A stretch of 64,000 bases of DNA from Octopus vulgaris (lineage: Eukaryota): positions 199,082,001 through 199,146,000 of the forward strand of contig OX597815.1 of assembly GCA_951406725.2 (NCBI GenBank), given 5' to 3'. The translations under genes and the position numbers were made by a program. Every line of letters begins with the position of its first letter. Position 1 is the stretch's first letter. The notes below the pieces were generated by a model. The model was not told where the DNA came from and made no database searches. It worked only from the letters and a program-made list of their open reading frames with translations. Positions 25,773 to 39,371 of the stretch are shown piece by piece.

Positions 25773-25888
25773 ATTAGCTTTCTCGTTTCTGGTTTTAAGA
25801 AGCTTAATTCCTCAAGATTTCTCAAGATTGGTATTTGGGCAGTCAATTGCATATCCCAGTGACACGATGTATGAATGTATGTATGTAA

Positions 25889-25932
<44 letters not shown>

Positions 25933-26050
25933 GTATCTATATATTTATCTTTCTCTTTATCTGTCTACATGTCCATTTATCTATCTATCAATCTATCTAT
26001 CTCTCCCTCACTATCTATCTATCTATGTGTTTATGTATCATTGTTATCGT

Positions 26051-26270
26051 TAAAGCGGAGAGGTGGCAAACTCGTTACGACGCCGTAAAAATGCAAATGC
26101 TTTGCGGCGTTTCTCCCGTCTATATGTTCGGAGTTCAAATGTCGCCCAGGTTGACTTTACCTTTCATCATTTCAGGGTCCATAAAATAAGCACCAGTTGA
26201 ACACTTTGGTTGATGTAATCATCTACCCCCCTCTATCAAATTTAAGGCGTTGTGCCTAAGGTAGAAAGGA
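26051..26270 (+). mobile_element. SINE family C, diverged
   Basis: Similarity to other copies; followed by (ATT)n. Confidence 0.75.
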
Positions 26271-26331
<61 letters not shown>

Positions 26332-26345
26332 CATTATTATTATTA

Positions 26346-26414
<69 letters not shown>

Positions 26415-26481
26415 TTATGTTTGACTTTTGGTTTGCATTCGTAGCCCACGCTCTTAACCACTGCGCCATATGCCCACGGAC

Positions 26482-26532
<51 letters not shown>

Positions 26533-26547
26533 GTAATAATAATAATA

Positions 26548-26670
26548 ACATCGAAAAATACCTTGCGAATGAGAACCCAGGTTCGAAATTTCACCCAAGA
26601 CACCTGATGAAGGCTAGAGGGTATATCCGCCGAAACATTTGACAAATATTCGTCAAATGGAAGTAATGTA
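26548..26670 (+). mobile_element. Retroelement end in (AAT)n with a partial hammerhead
   Basis: CTGATGA-A-GGC-(loop)-GCC-GAAAC at 26604-26636; the 3' strands of stems III and I are missing. Confidence 0.55.
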
Positions 26671-26676
26671 TTATTA

Positions 26677-26730
<54 letters not shown>

Positions 26731-27001
26731 GATCAATAAAATAATGCTTTAGAGATACACGACGTTTTTAGTAGACAGATGTTAGGTTTGCTGTAATAAC
26801 ATATGATAATGTGCGCATACTGAAAATATTAGCAGCTATAACATTTGTTACCAACGAATCCTAAATTAATGGCTGTAGAACATATGATATATATATATAT
26901 ATCAGAGAGACATATCATATGATTACAGGTTTTCGAAAGTTGAACAACACTTCTGAATTGATAGATTCTTTCAAGTATCTACAACTAAATTTATTCATAA
27001 A

Positions 27002-27843
27002 TCTATAATAATAAAGGCGAAATTGATTTTGTCCGTCTGCGACCTCTGTAACTCGGCCTAAATTTGCGCTACATAGACATTATACCATTTTGGAATCTGG
27101 ACGATCTCGGGACTTGAACATCCAGTATCATTGGTTCTTGAACATCCAGCATTATTTGCTTCTTGAATATCCAGCATTGTGATCTGATTTAAAAGCATTT
27201 AGGTTGCTACTTCTAGCAAGGGGAAGCTTGGCTGTTTCACACCATCTTGCTGACGCTTGTCAGATGACGTCAGAGATCAAGAAGGTTTGTTAATTTTACG
27301 TCGAGATAAGAACTTTGGAACAAATTGACCAAGAGTTGGAATTCAACTTGGGACTGGTGCAATAGGAGGAATTACAACCATGTTTCGTGGTCTGCTACCA
27401 CAACAGCTCCTTTATAGGATCCAGTTAGCTCAATACATCATCAGGAGGAACCACGTCCGCTTTCGGCCCCTACTCCTCTACCGTTTTGACACGGCAGGGC
27501 CCCCCTACTTTTGAAGGTGTCTTCAGCTCTGGTGTTGGGTGCATGTCTTCTTTTCTTCTTCTTTCTTCTGTTCCCTGGCCTCTTCGATATATCGTCAGCG
27601 AGTGTCAGCCGGTGACTGACTGTTTTGTCAAATTTTTCTCTTTAAATACCTGCCGCATAGGCTCCAGCAGGCAGCCCCAGCAATTATAGAATGCATCCAT
27701 CCTTGACCTCTGATCAAACACTACCGGGGTATATAGTCATTATAGACGTATTATGGTCATGCTATTTAGCTCCCTTTAGTGAGGAGCTAGGTTAAAACTC
27801 CGCACGGAGTACCGCTTTTAAGCTACTTAATTGATAAATCTAG
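27002..27843 (+). mobile_element. Probable non-autonomous Helitron with an internal foreign fragment
   Basis: A|TCTATAATAATAAAG 5' end; hairpin ACTCCG-CA-CGGAGT at 27797-27810; CTAG|T 3' end. Confidence 0.55.
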
Positions 27844-28090
27844 TTTAATTTGTTGAAGTAGTCTAATTACTTCATAAAGTTTTCACTATAATCTGATATA
27901 AGATCACATATTGAAAATAAGCAGCTTTTCATCGGCATTTGAAATACGATAATAAAAATATAGTTAATTACATTACCAAAGAGCCACTTTTCATGAGTAC
28001 GTTTGATACACACACACACACGTGTGGGTGTGTGTGTGTATGTATGTATAAGGTTAAAAAGGAACACATGAGTTGATATATACACACACA

Positions 28091-28167
<77 letters not shown>

Positions 28168-28171
<4 letters not shown>

Positions 28172-28378
28172 GAAGTCAGGACGCCATGATAGATCGTTAG
28201 CTCCTACACGCATTTTTTTCTCTCCTTGTTTTTTTCTGTGTATCTTTCTGTCGAAGAGCGTAGGCTCGAAACGTAAAAGACTTTTTCTATTTCTATTCCT
28301 GAGCGCTATACTACTACATTTGTTTCTTTGTACTCCACCTGCCTTCGTCTTGTGTTTATTTTCGTAAACTTTCCCTTT
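28168..28378 (+). mobile_element. PLE-end-like element, family P2, between (TA)n tracts
   Basis: Homologous to 47925-48118; contains a minimal hammerhead. Confidence 0.7.
28243..28280 (+). ncRNA. Minimal hammerhead motif, A6U core variant
   Basis: TCTTT-CTGTCGA-A-GAGC-GTAG-GCTC-GAAA-CG-TA-AAAGA. Confidence 0.65.
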
Positions 28379-28393
28379 ATATATATATATATA

Positions 28394-28675
28394 TATAAGA
28401 ATTTTTTGCGTAATAAGATAAAAGAAACCAAGGCTGTGTAGATATTAGAACATTTGTAGATAGAAGGTCTTAGAGCTGTTTCCAGGATATTTATTAATTA
28501 TATCCCTGAATCGGAGACGGTGTGAGAGGATGGTTAAGTCCTCTCACACCGACCCTGATGAAGGGATATAATTAATAAATATCATAGAATCAGCTGTAAG
28601 ACCTTCTATCTATAAATGGTCTAATATCTAAACAGCCTTGGTTTTTTTATCTTATTACGCAAAAAAATTTTATAT
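28394..28675. repeat. Inverted repeat (arms about 137 bp, 8-nt loop) with a degenerate hammerhead in each arm
   Basis: 28394-28530 pairs with 28539-28675; plus copy CTGATGA-AGGGATAT...ATATC-ATA-GAAT-CAGCTG-TA-AGAC; a fragment of the same family lies at 18478-18540. Confidence 0.88.
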
Positions 28676-28790
28676 ACGCACGCTGACATAGAACCAACGT
28701 TGGACCCCTTATTCGCGAAATTACCGAATCTGGAACTTAACTATGGCACTTATTCAGCATTACCTGACACCTTTGGGCCTCATTGACACC

Positions 28791-28910
<120 letters not shown>

Positions 28911-29159
28911 ATTAAGAGACAAAGCCTCCATCAAGTAATTCAATTAATAGTGAAAGATACTATCTATAATAAAATATAAATTTGAATATACTATTAATAT
29001 TGTACTAAAAATTTACGTCGAGATAACAACTTTGGAACAAACCGGCCAACAGGTGGAATTCAACTTGGGACTGGAGCAATAGAACGCATTACAGAATGCA
29101 TCCATCGTTAACCTCTGATCAAACACCGCCGAGGCATACATATGATATATATATATTAG

Positions 29160-29527
29160 CTTCAAGGTTCATCCAAGACTGGGACCACGGGCCATACGTC
29201 CGCTGCCCAATTCAAGATCACAGCATACATGTACACTGCAACATAATTTCTTTTCCTCAACTGGCCCTGCCCTATTTAACATTGTCCCGAAAGAAATCAA
29301 AGAGGAAAAGGATCCCATCAACTTTAAACGGAGTCTGGATAGATTCCTTCAAGGAATACCAGATAAGCCACCCATAATTGGATACAACTCACCCTAAAAC
29401 AACTCACTACTTGAATGGACCATAAACAAAACTTGACTTAAACAGGATTTAGATAATCCTATCAGGTGGTGCTATTAAGTTGGACATGGCCTGGACCAAT
29501 CTTTGGTCGAAAGATATCTAAGTTTTA
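29160..29527 (+). mobile_element. 5'-truncated CR1-like LINE 3' end
   Basis: FSSTGPALFNIVPKEIKEEKDPINFKRSLDRFLQGIPDKP...NSLLEW; 3' stem-loop GACCA/TGGTC and repeated TATCTAAGTTT tail; sits in (TA)n. Confidence 0.8.
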
Positions 29528-29877
29528 TCTAAGTTTTATATATATATATATATATATATATCATAATGAAGTCATGAAAATAGCGTTTGTTTTATATACA
29601 ATAGGTATAAATAGACGGATTGTAATACAACTTCCTGCACAAAATTTGAACAGTCAAAAATATCTAATGCTATTTCTAACGATCATTTTGCGACCAAATC
29701 AATCATGATGACTAATTGTGTTTCTAAGGTTTTACGCGTATATTTTTGTAGATGCGTGTATATTGCCTAAATGAAGACTTTATTTTTGATTTTTGATTAA
29801 TTGACAAGAGGAAACTTAGAGTAAATATACAAGTGACATGAGCTTCCAATGAAATATGTAAGCTATGTGTATGTTGT

Positions 29878-29963
<86 letters not shown>

Positions 29964-30122
29964 ATCTCTCTCTTTCTCTCTCTCTCGCTCTCGCTCTATC
30001 TTTATTTATCTATCTTTTCCTCACACACACACACACACGTACACATACACAGAGACAGAGAGACTGCCAGACATACAACAGACGGACAGGCAACAGGTAG
30101 ATAGAGAGATAGATGTACTCAA

Positions 30123-30174
<52 letters not shown>

Positions 30175-30479
30175 AAATCCATATAAGTATATATACATTA
30201 CGTATATTTATACATACATGATGACATACATACACAGACACACACACACATACACATATATATATATATATACATCACACATATATATATATACATGCGT
30301 ATAAATGTATGTGATGCGCACTCCATACGATCTTTTTACTTTTTCGTTTTCCTCTCTTTCTCTTTCTTATTCTTTTACCTCCTCTTCTCCCACTATTCTA
30401 TCCTATTACTCTGTCAATCTCTCTCCCTCACTCCTCCTCCCTTGCCCATCTTTCTTTCTTTTCCTGACTTGTGTTTCTT

Positions 30480-30890
30480 TCATTCTCTCCGTTGTAGCTG
30501 GAACAAGGAAGACGTGTTCTTGTTTGTCTCTTGTCCAAGCTTGATTTACGCGTTCTCCACCACAACCGCGCTTAGGCTTGGCAGCCCTTACTGTTTGTTT
30601 TCACTATCCTCTTTGCGTTACCAATTTTTGACTCGCCGCAAAATCCCAAATGTTATCTAATTTGCTTTGCGGGAGCAACTCTTTTATCGAAGGCGGATAT
30701 TGTTGTATATGCTCGAAATACGAGACCAGGGAAACAGCAAACAACTGATAAAGGGTCGTTCTTTATGTTGTTTGTTTTGTTTTCCATTTGTGTCTTTCGT
30801 TGTTCAAAGAAATAGTTCACTCTCCATGTACTCGTGCTTCGTATTTTTTGCTGTACACGTTTCGTGACGTCCTTTACCCACATTTGCATA
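30480..30890 (+). mobile_element. Family P1 copy 3
   Basis: GCTC-GAAAT...ACAA-CTGATAA-AGGG; similar to 3120-3260 and the reverse of 48540-48760. Confidence 0.6.
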
Positions 30891-30944
30891 TATATACATA
30901 TATAAATATATATATCTATATATATATATATACATTTATATAAA

Positions 30945-31345
30945 TAAGGTTAAGATCGTTATTTAAGACACGGGTCATATCAGTTGGCCAGCATGGGAAT
31001 TAAAACCTCATAGGTAATAATTATTATTAAAATTATAATTAAGGGTGTCTAAGAGATACCACCATGCTAGATATACCAGCCAAAACTTGACTCTAAAACT
31101 ACATTAAATGTTCATACAGCACCAGAAGACATAGAGACAAAATAAACATGCAAAAAGAATTATTGGATAATTCCAGATCCCGGACTTCAGACTCTGCGTA
31201 TGAAATGCTTTGCCTTCATCAGTGGAATATATGTAAATATATTTGTCTTCTCTGCAGGTGCTGTATGAACATCTAATGTAGTTTTACAGTCAAGTTTTAG
31301 TTGCTATATCTAACATGGTGGTATCTCTTAGATACCCTTAATTAT
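30945..31345 (-). mobile_element. PLE-end element with inverted repeat (31034-31124 / 31257-31345)
   Basis: Arms reverse-complementary; hammerhead in the spacer; starts at (TA)n. Confidence 0.75.
31170..31228 (-). ncRNA. Type I hammerhead motif with one core change
   Basis: ATTCCA-CTGATGA-AGGC...GTCT-GAAG-TCCGGGA-TC-TGGAAT; perfect 6-bp stem I; GAAG in place of GAAA. Confidence 0.7.
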
Positions 31346-31499
31346 GGCTGTGTGGTAAGTAGCTTGCTTACCAACCACATGGTTCCGGGTTCAGTCCCAC
31401 TGCGTTACACCTTGGGCAAGTATCTTCTACTATAGCCTCGGGCCGACTAAAGCCTTGTGAGTGGATTTGGTAGAAGGAAACTGAAAGAAGCCTGTCGTA

Positions 31500-31568
<69 letters not shown>

Positions 31569-31918
31569 TGTGTGTGTATATGTGTGTGTGTCTGCTTTTG
31601 CCCCTCCCAACATCACTTGACAACCGATGCTGGTGTGTTTGTGTCCCCGTAACTTAGCGGTTCGGCAAAAGGGACGGAAAGAATAAGTACTAGGTTTGCA
31701 AAAAATAAGTCCTCGTGTCGATTTGCTTGACTAAAGGCGGTGCTAAAGGCGCAGGAGTGACTGTGTGGTAAGTAGCTTGCTAACCAACCACATGGTTCCG
31801 GGTTCAGTCCCACTGCGTGGCATCTTAGGCAGGCGTCTTCTGCTATAGCCCCGGGCCGACCAAAGCTTTGTGAGTGGATTTGGTAGACGGAACCTGAAAG
31901 AAGCCTGTCGTATATATG

Positions 31919-31988
<70 letters not shown>

Positions 31989-32205
31989 TGTGTCTGTGTT
32001 TGTCCCCCTAGCATTGCTTGACAACCGATGCTGGTGTGTTTACATCCCAGTCAGCTAGCGGTTCGGCAAAAGTGACCGATAGAATAAGTACTGAGCTTAC
32101 AAAGAATAAGTTCCGGGGTGGATTTGCTCGACTAAATGCGGTGCTCCAGCATGGCCGCAGCCAAATGACTGAAACAAGTAAAAGAGTAAAGAGTAAAGAG
32201 TAAGA
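31346..32205 (+). mobile_element. Two tandem family B SINEs (31346-31745 and 31748-32205)
   Basis: Repeated head GGCTGTGTGGTAAGTAGCTTGC; CTAAAGGCG shared at the junction. Confidence 0.9.
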
Positions 32206-32207
32206 GA

Positions 32208-32267
<60 letters not shown>

Positions 32268-32661
32268 ACTGCTTTGTCTTTGAGAGTCATTTTCTTTTTA
32301 TGCTTTATAATGTAACGCACTCACAGGTAAAATTTCCACTTGTTTCTATAGTCTTTATATATATATATGTATATACATATATATATATATATAAAGCGAG
32401 AGAGAGAGCAAGAGAAAGAGACAAAGACAGATAGATACATACATATGTTCACACACACATACATAAATAGATATAAATATTTTATAAATGTTCATATTTT
32501 GTATACATTTTCATATGCATGCATTGCGCTATTGTATGAGGCAGGAGTGTGATTCGATTTAGTCCGTGTGTTGAAGCTGAAGCAACGACATCTTGGACGA
32601 GCGAGTTAATAATGCACAAAGCTGTGAAATTCGCTTTAAATTGAAATTGCACTGAAACTTC

Positions 32662-32701
32662 GTCAGTGACCAAGTCGTATTCGTCTGACGAAAATTCTAA
32701 C
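32662..32701 (+). ncRNA. Minimal hammerhead-like motif, G3-C8 variant, inside an inverted repeat (32606-32648 / 32715-32755)
   Basis: GTCA-GTGACCA-A-GTC...GAC-GAAA-AT-TC-TAAC; one stem I mismatch. Confidence 0.5.
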
Positions 32702-33674
32702 ACTTAATGAAATAAATTTGAATATAAAGTGAATTTCACAGCTTTGTGTTATTAAATGTCTCTTGTACAATGTAGTTTGTTTATGCATTGATTCCACATG
32801 ATAATTCTATTTTCGTATGTCGTTATATTTTCACATGCTTATAACCAGATATACGAATCTTTGCTACCCGAATTCTTCATTTCACCATATTTAACATTGC
32901 CATTTGAGGAATTTTCTCTCAGCTCCGTTTTCATTATTCATTTTTAGTAAACTATTCTCCGCTTTACTCACAGATCTGTGTGTGCGACCGTATATCCTAA
33001 TTTGCGAGTGCCAGCGTCTATGTGTTAGAACATGATTACCAATGTTCTTATGTATACATCGCCAGCAATCCTCTCTAATTCTTGTATCATTTCAAACCAG
33101 CTGCGTGTCTCTAAGTTGCTAAGGTGTAAATGAGCATGCGTAAGAAAAAATGTCCACTCCACCCTCCTCTCCTTCCCAAACGCAATATACGTCACAGTAA
33201 TGCTTATTCTTTTATGCTTTTACCTTTTATGGTTATGTTTTACATTATCTTTCATTTTGTAGTTATATATATCATATAACGTTTGTATATAGAAAATCGA
33301 ACACGTGTGCATACAAATGATCGTACTTACGTATGCGCACGTACATATACGTGTGTGTGTGTACGCGTGTGTAGGTAATGTCAGGCTACGCAAACATATG
33401 CAATCTAACGTCTGCTATCTCACTTTTTCCTGTCTTCTATAGTAGATGTTATGATATCAGATATACAATATTTACTAATATATACCATATCACAACCATG
33501 AAAAACAACAAACATCCTCATCCGTTTCACAAGCCTTGGTTAATAACAGCAACCTCTTCTCGATGAATATGCTACAAATCATGGAAAAGTCACTTCACTA
33601 TCTCGAAACGTAAGGTAAGATTCTAATAAATGTAAAAATAAATATTTCTTCGACAAAATTGTTAATCAAAATAT

Positions 33675-34286
33675 ATTCTACTCTAGGCACAAAGCCCGAA
33701 ATTTTTGAAGAGAGGACAGTCGGTTAGATCGACACCAATACGCCACTAGTACTTAATTTATCGATCCTGGATGGATGACAGACAAAGCCGACCTCAGATG
33801 AATTTGAACTCAGAACACAAAGACAGACGAAATATCGCTAAGCATTTCGCCTAGCGTGCTTAGGTTTCTTTTTTCTTTATTGCCCACAAGGAGCTAAACA
33901 TAGAGGGGACAAACAAGGACAACCAAACGGATTAAGTCGATTACATCACCCCCAGTGCATAACTGGTACTTTTTTAATCGACCCCGAAAGGATGAAAGGC
34001 AAAGTCAACCTCGGCGGAATTTGAACTCAGAACGTAACGACAGACGAAATACCTATTTCTTTACTACCTACAAGAGGCTAAACACAGAGAGAACAAACAA
34101 GGACAGACAGACGCATTAAGTCAATTATATCGACCCCAGTGCGTAATTGGTACTTATTTAACCATCCCCGAAAGGATGAAAGGCAAAGTCGACCTCGGCG
34201 GAATTTGAACTCAGAACGTATCGGCAGACGAAATACCACTAAGCATTTCGCCTAGCGTGCTAACGTTTCTGCCAGCTCGCCGCCTT
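33675..34286 (-). mobile_element. SINE family C, head-to-tail trimer
   Basis: Three units; flanking AATCAAAAT duplication. Confidence 0.9.
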
Positions 34287-34465
34287 AGTAAATCAAAATG
34301 TTAAGAAATGCATGAAGTAGATCATTTTCAAGAGCAAAGCAACGATCTCTCATAAGGAACAGCATAAAGACAAAATATTCTACACCAAGAAATAAACCAA
34401 AAGTGATTCTTCAAGTAGGCAAAAGGGATGCCAGAAAGACAGCAATATATTCAATACCTAAATAA

Positions 34466-34850
34466 TGGAAGCACTCCGTCGGTTACGACGACGAAGGTTC
34501 CGGTTGATCCGAATCAACGGAACAGCCTGCTCGTGAAATTAACGTGTAAGTGGCTGAGCACTCTACAGACACGTGTACCCTTAACGTAGTTCTCGGGGAT
34601 ATTCAGCGTGACACAGAGAGTGACAAGGCCGGCCCTTTCAAATACAGGTACAACAGAAACAGGAAGTAAGAGTGAGAGAAAGTTGTGGTGAAAGAGTACA
34701 GCAGGGATCACCACCATCCCCTGCCGGAGCCTTGTGGAGCTTTAGGTGTTTTCGCTCAATAAACACTCACAATGCCCGGTCTGGGAATCGAAACCGCGAT
34801 CCTATGACCGCGAGTCCGCTGCCCTAGCCACTGGACCATTGCGCCTCCAC
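34466..34850 (-). mobile_element. SINE family A
   Basis: Full length; target duplication ACCTAAATAAT. Confidence 0.92.
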
Positions 34851-34937
34851 CCACCTAAATAATACAGAAAATCTGGCGAAAGAAGATCAAGCACATAGGT
34901 CAACGCACAAAGTTCAACACGAAAATCGCAGCACATA

Positions 34938-35350
34938 GGCGTAGGAGTGGCTGTGTGGTAAGTAGCTTGCTAACGAACCACATGGTTCCGAGTTCAGTCC
35001 CACTGCGTGGCACCTTGGACAAGTGTCTTCTACTATAGCCTCGGGCCGACCGAAGCCTTTTGAGTGGATTTGGTAAACGGAAACTGAAAGAAGCTCGTCG
35101 TATATGTATATATATATATATATATGTGTGTGTTTGTGTGTCTGTGTTTGTCCCCAACAGCGCTTAACAACCGATGCTGGTGTATTTACGTCCCCGTAAC
35201 TTAGCAGTTCGGCTAAAGAGAACGATAGAATAAGTACCAGGCTTACAAAGAATAAGTCCGGGGTCGATTTGGTCAACTAAAGGCGGTGCTCCAGCATGGA
35301 CACAGTCAAATAACTGAAACAAGTAAAAGAGTAAAAGAGAGTAAAGAGTA
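34938..35350 (+). mobile_element. SINE family B
   Basis: Full length with GAGTAAA tail. Confidence 0.92.
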
Positions 35351-35596
35351 TAAACAACAACCGGATTAAGAAGGCTTCATTTCTTAGTGACGAGACAAAA
35401 ACAATGAAATATTACAAAAGTGGGGAAGGAAACTGTTCCGAAGCAGTTTAAAGGGATCTATATCTAATTTGCCAGTAACGAATTCGGAACTTCAAATTTT
35501 AGTTAAATGAATAAATTTATACCTGCATCAATAGCCAAACATTAAGAAGTAGAAGATTACAGTTTTTCACCTTAACGATAAAAAAAAATAACACTA

Positions 35597-35755
35597 GGAG
35601 TGTCTGTGTGGTAGGTAGCTTGCTAACCAGCCACATGGTTCCGGGTTCAGTCCCACTGCGTGGCATCTTGGGCAAGTGTCTTCTGCTATAGCCACGGGCC
35701 GACCAATGCATTGTGAGTGGATTTGGTAGACGGAAACTGAAAGAAGCCTGTCGTA

Positions 35756-35818
<63 letters not shown>

Positions 35819-36037
35819 TTGTGTGTATGTGTTTGTCCCCCTAGCATTGCTTGACAACCGATGCTGGTGTGTTTATGTCCCCGTCACATAGCGGTTCGGC
35901 AAAAAGAGACAGATAGAATAAGTACTGGGCTTACAAAAGGAATAAGTCCCGGGGTCGAGTTGCTCGACTAAAGGCGGTGCTCCAGCATGGCCGCAGTCAA
36001 ATGACTGAAACAAGTAAAAGAATAAAGAGTAAAGAGT
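35597..36037 (+). mobile_element. SINE family B
   Basis: Full length. Confidence 0.92.
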
Positions 36038-36059
36038 ATAAATTTTTACATAAAGATAT

Positions 36060-36845
36060 AATCATCCACCACGATTCGAACTCTAAATCATGTCATTTAG
36101 CAGATGCAAAATGCTACGCCCCATACTGTGTAGCCAAGGTAATTTGTACAGTTTTTTTTTTTTTATTAGATAAAATTAAGAGGTGAACGACTAGCAAACC
36201 TTGAATTTCTACTTTAACAAAAATACCTACACTTCGTTATACAAAATAGAGTTGATCAAACGAATGTGTGTAGAACGATTTTGAGCAATCCAAACAAGAG
36301 AAACACGAGACGGACATCAAGTGGCTTTTGTAGTGACACACAATCCACGTAATCAGAATATTTTGAATGTCATCAAATTCCACTTGGCAAATGTCAGACA
36401 AACTAATCAATTAAAAGAATTACACATAGAGTGCTTGTTCAAAGCAAACGATAGACATAATGCTTGAAACAATTGTTATAAACGGGAACGTTTTGATCTA
36501 AAGAACAACGATAAATATTTCATAGTGTATAAATGCATTGATAATTGTTGTCGTACACGTCTATGGATATAAGCTGGTTATTATATCAACGTAAAGGGAA
36601 ATATTCCCAAATGAAAATATGAACTCTAAAATCGGAAATCTGATTCAATGCACCAAATGACCACCGAGAAAAGAAATATATATGTAGGTTAGACAGCGAA
36701 ATCATTATCATAACGCATGCGGAAACAATGCAACCAAATTAAGAAACCTAGTTGTCGAACACATTTAGATAGTCATAGAGTAGGGAGATGTGTACTTTTA
36801 GCTGCTATATCTAGCATGGTGGTATCTCTTAGATACCCTTAATTA
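36060..36845 (+). mobile_element. Degenerate Penelope-like element: RT thumb, Cys linker and GIY-YIG endonuclease remnant
   Basis: SCHLADAKCYAPYCVAKVICTV, KCIDNCCRT, NMNSKIGNLIQC and YVG*TAKSLS*RMRKQCNQI resemble PLE ORF C-terminal motifs in order; followed by sequence shared with 31296-31345. Confidence 0.7.
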
Positions 36846-37170
36846 TGGTTGTGTTGTAAGTAGCTTGCTTACCAACCACATGGTTCCGGGTTCATTCCCA
36901 TTGCGTGGCACTGTGGCCATGCTGGAGCAACGCTTTTAGTCGAGCAAATCGATCCCAGAACTTATTCTTTGTAAGCATAGTACTTATTCTATCGCATACT
37001 TTTGCCGAACCGCTAAGTACCACCACGCTTGAAAATTGGTGTTAGTGTGTTTGTGTCCCCGTACTTAGAGGTTCTGCAGCTGTGACAGAATAACAACTAA
37101 AAATTCGATGCGTTACCCCAGCATGGCCGCATTCTAATGACTGAAACAAGCAAAAGTTAAAAGATAAAAT
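36846..37170 (+). mobile_element. Rearranged family B SINE (inverted middle segment about 36910-37020)
   Basis: Head on plus, a 3' piece in reverse orientation, then the tail on plus. Confidence 0.75.
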
Positions 37171-37390
37171 AAATATTGTATAAAGTTTATGATACGGGTG
37201 AAGTTAAGAGAAGGGCAAGAGAATTTATTGAGAAATAGAAACCAGTTACAAAGACAATAATATTAATGTGAATTTAAAGTTGATTTTAAAATACAATTCA
37301 CCCAAAACCTGTTAAAATCTTTTCTTTTCATAATTATAAGAATTTTTATATATGTATACATATGTGTATATCTATATATATGTATATATA

Positions 37391-37467
<77 letters not shown>

Positions 37468-37481
37468 GTGTGCGTGTGTGT

Positions 37482-37841
37482 GTGGAGGTGCAATGGCCCA
37501 GTGGTTCAGGCTGCGAACTCGCAGTCTTACGATTGCGGTTTCGATTCCCAGACCGGGCGTTGCGAGTGTTTATTGAACGAAAACACCTGGCAGGAAGTGA
37601 TGGCGAGCCCTGTACTCTTTCACCACAACTTTCTATCACCCCTTCTTCCTGTTTCTGTTGTACTCGTATTTCAAAAGGCCAGCCTTGTCACACTCTGTGT
37701 CACGCTGAATCTCCCCGAGAACAACGTTAAGGGTACACCTGTCTGTGGAGTGCTCAGCCATTTGCACGTTAATTTCATGAGCAGGGTGTTCCGTTGTTCG
37801 GATCAAGTGGAGCTCTCGTCGTCGTAACTGACGGAGTGCCA
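37482..37841 (+). mobile_element. SINE family A
   Basis: Similarity to 21081-21454. Confidence 0.9.
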
Positions 37842-38274
37842 GTCACACACACACACATATATATACACACACCTAAATATAAAGATAAGGGATCATACCA
37901 CTAAGCAGTGATGTGTATAATATTTATATACACCACTGCTTAACGTTGTCTCCCCATATATTATTTACGGCGAGCCACTGAATTAGCGTAACCGGCCATT
38001 GGACAATGACGGAAATGTCATACGATGGACATGGCGTTCGCATCAGTTCGCAGTGTTTGCTTTTCCGGTCTCTGTTGCTGAGGAGGAAATTACCACTCCG
38101 AAATGCATGCATCGAACGGTTAGGGGCGCTGCAAAATGACACTCTGTGTTTTACACATTTTATCTATGATGAAATAAAATGAATGGCTTTCTTATGAATT
38201 TGAAGATGCCTGGAGCATGTTTGAACTGGTAACATGTTTATATGTAATATAAAAATATTATATAAAAAGATATA

Positions 38275-38510
38275 CAGGGTCGGCCAAAGGTCACCCGGCA
38301 GTAAATCTAAATTCTATAAATACTTGATATTCAATTTTATTTATTCATTCAAATTATGAATGCTTAATAATTGAATGCTGTGAGTTAAAATCTCCATTTT
38401 CTTTCCAACATTTGTCTATTTATTAGCGAAATCTCATAATATACTTTTTTGTTTTAATTTTGGAATTAAATGGTTTTGATTTGCTGTCAGGTAACATTTG
38501 GCCAACTCTG
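38275..38510. mobile_element. Tc1/mariner-type MITE
   Basis: 33-bp imperfect TIRs CAGGGTCGGCCAAAGGTCACCCGGCAGTAAATC / GATTTGCTGTCAGGTAACATTTGGCCAACTCTG; TA on both sides. Confidence 0.88.
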
Positions 38511-38614
38511 TATGATACATACATATAAAAAATATTATATATAATGGATATTTACATAGAGATCTATATATATTCATACTTATACCAATGCATACATGCT
38601 TACACTATTCAAAC

Positions 38615-38672
<58 letters not shown>

Positions 38673-38702
38673 AGGGTGTATGTATGTGTTTGTGTGTTGG
38701 GG

Positions 38703-38985
38703 TGAAGGCACACGGCTGTGTGGTTAGCGCATACAACTAGCAACCATGACGTAATGAGTTCGATTCTAGGACCGAGCAGTGTTCTTGAGCAAAACACTCC
38801 ATTTTACGTTGCTCCAGTTCACTCAGCTGTAGAAATCAGTTGTGACGTCACTAGTGCCAGGGAAGCCTGGTAAGCATGGGCGACTGCTGGTCTTCCAGAA
38901 ACAACCTTGCCCATACTCGTACCACTTAGGAGATCTTTCTAAGTGCAATCCCATGATCATTGATGATCGAAAGGTACTTACCCTT
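38703..38985 (+). mobile_element. SINE family D
   Basis: tRNA-like head (GAGTTCGATTC) and CTTGAGCAAAACAC...GCTCCAGTTCACTCAGC body shared with 50561-50890 and 63752-63895. Confidence 0.8.
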
Positions 38986-39207
38986 TTATGGTGTGCGTAT
39001 ATATTGTTATGTATATATATATATATATATATTATCTACAATTAACACGGAAAAAAGGGATAAACAGTTACTAGGGCAGCAAAAAAATCAAACAAGTAAT
39101 AAGGACGTAACACCCTGCTTGTAAACTCCGGGTTGATGTGAAATATTTTGTATAATATATATAAATAAATAAATGGAGTTAAACGCAGATGTGATTCAAA
39201 TTCTTTT

Positions 39208-39296
39208 ACTTCGGACACATGTTTCGAAGACAACATTGGTATTATTCTAAAGGAATAAAATGGTGTAAAACAATGTAATCTTCTCATCAGGGAAAG
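39208..39296 (-). ncRNA. Type I hammerhead motif with long stem II, in a PLE-end fragment (about 39040-39375)
   Basis: TTTCC-CTGATGA-GAAGA-TT-ACATTG...CAATGT-TG-TCTTC-GAAAC-ATGT-GTC-CGAAG; canonical core; C-C mismatch at the base of stem I. Confidence 0.75.
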
Positions 39297-39371
39297 AAAG
39301 AAATAAACCAAACTCATCAATAAAACATCTTAACAGAAAGCGATGGATGTTTATAATGATGACCGGAACGC

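Noticed and set aside
29480-29520. GACCA-ATCTT-TGGTC-GAAA as a hammerhead (also about 59715-59740)
   Set aside because: No CUGANGA-like strand upstream; better explained as the LINE 3' recognition stem-loop
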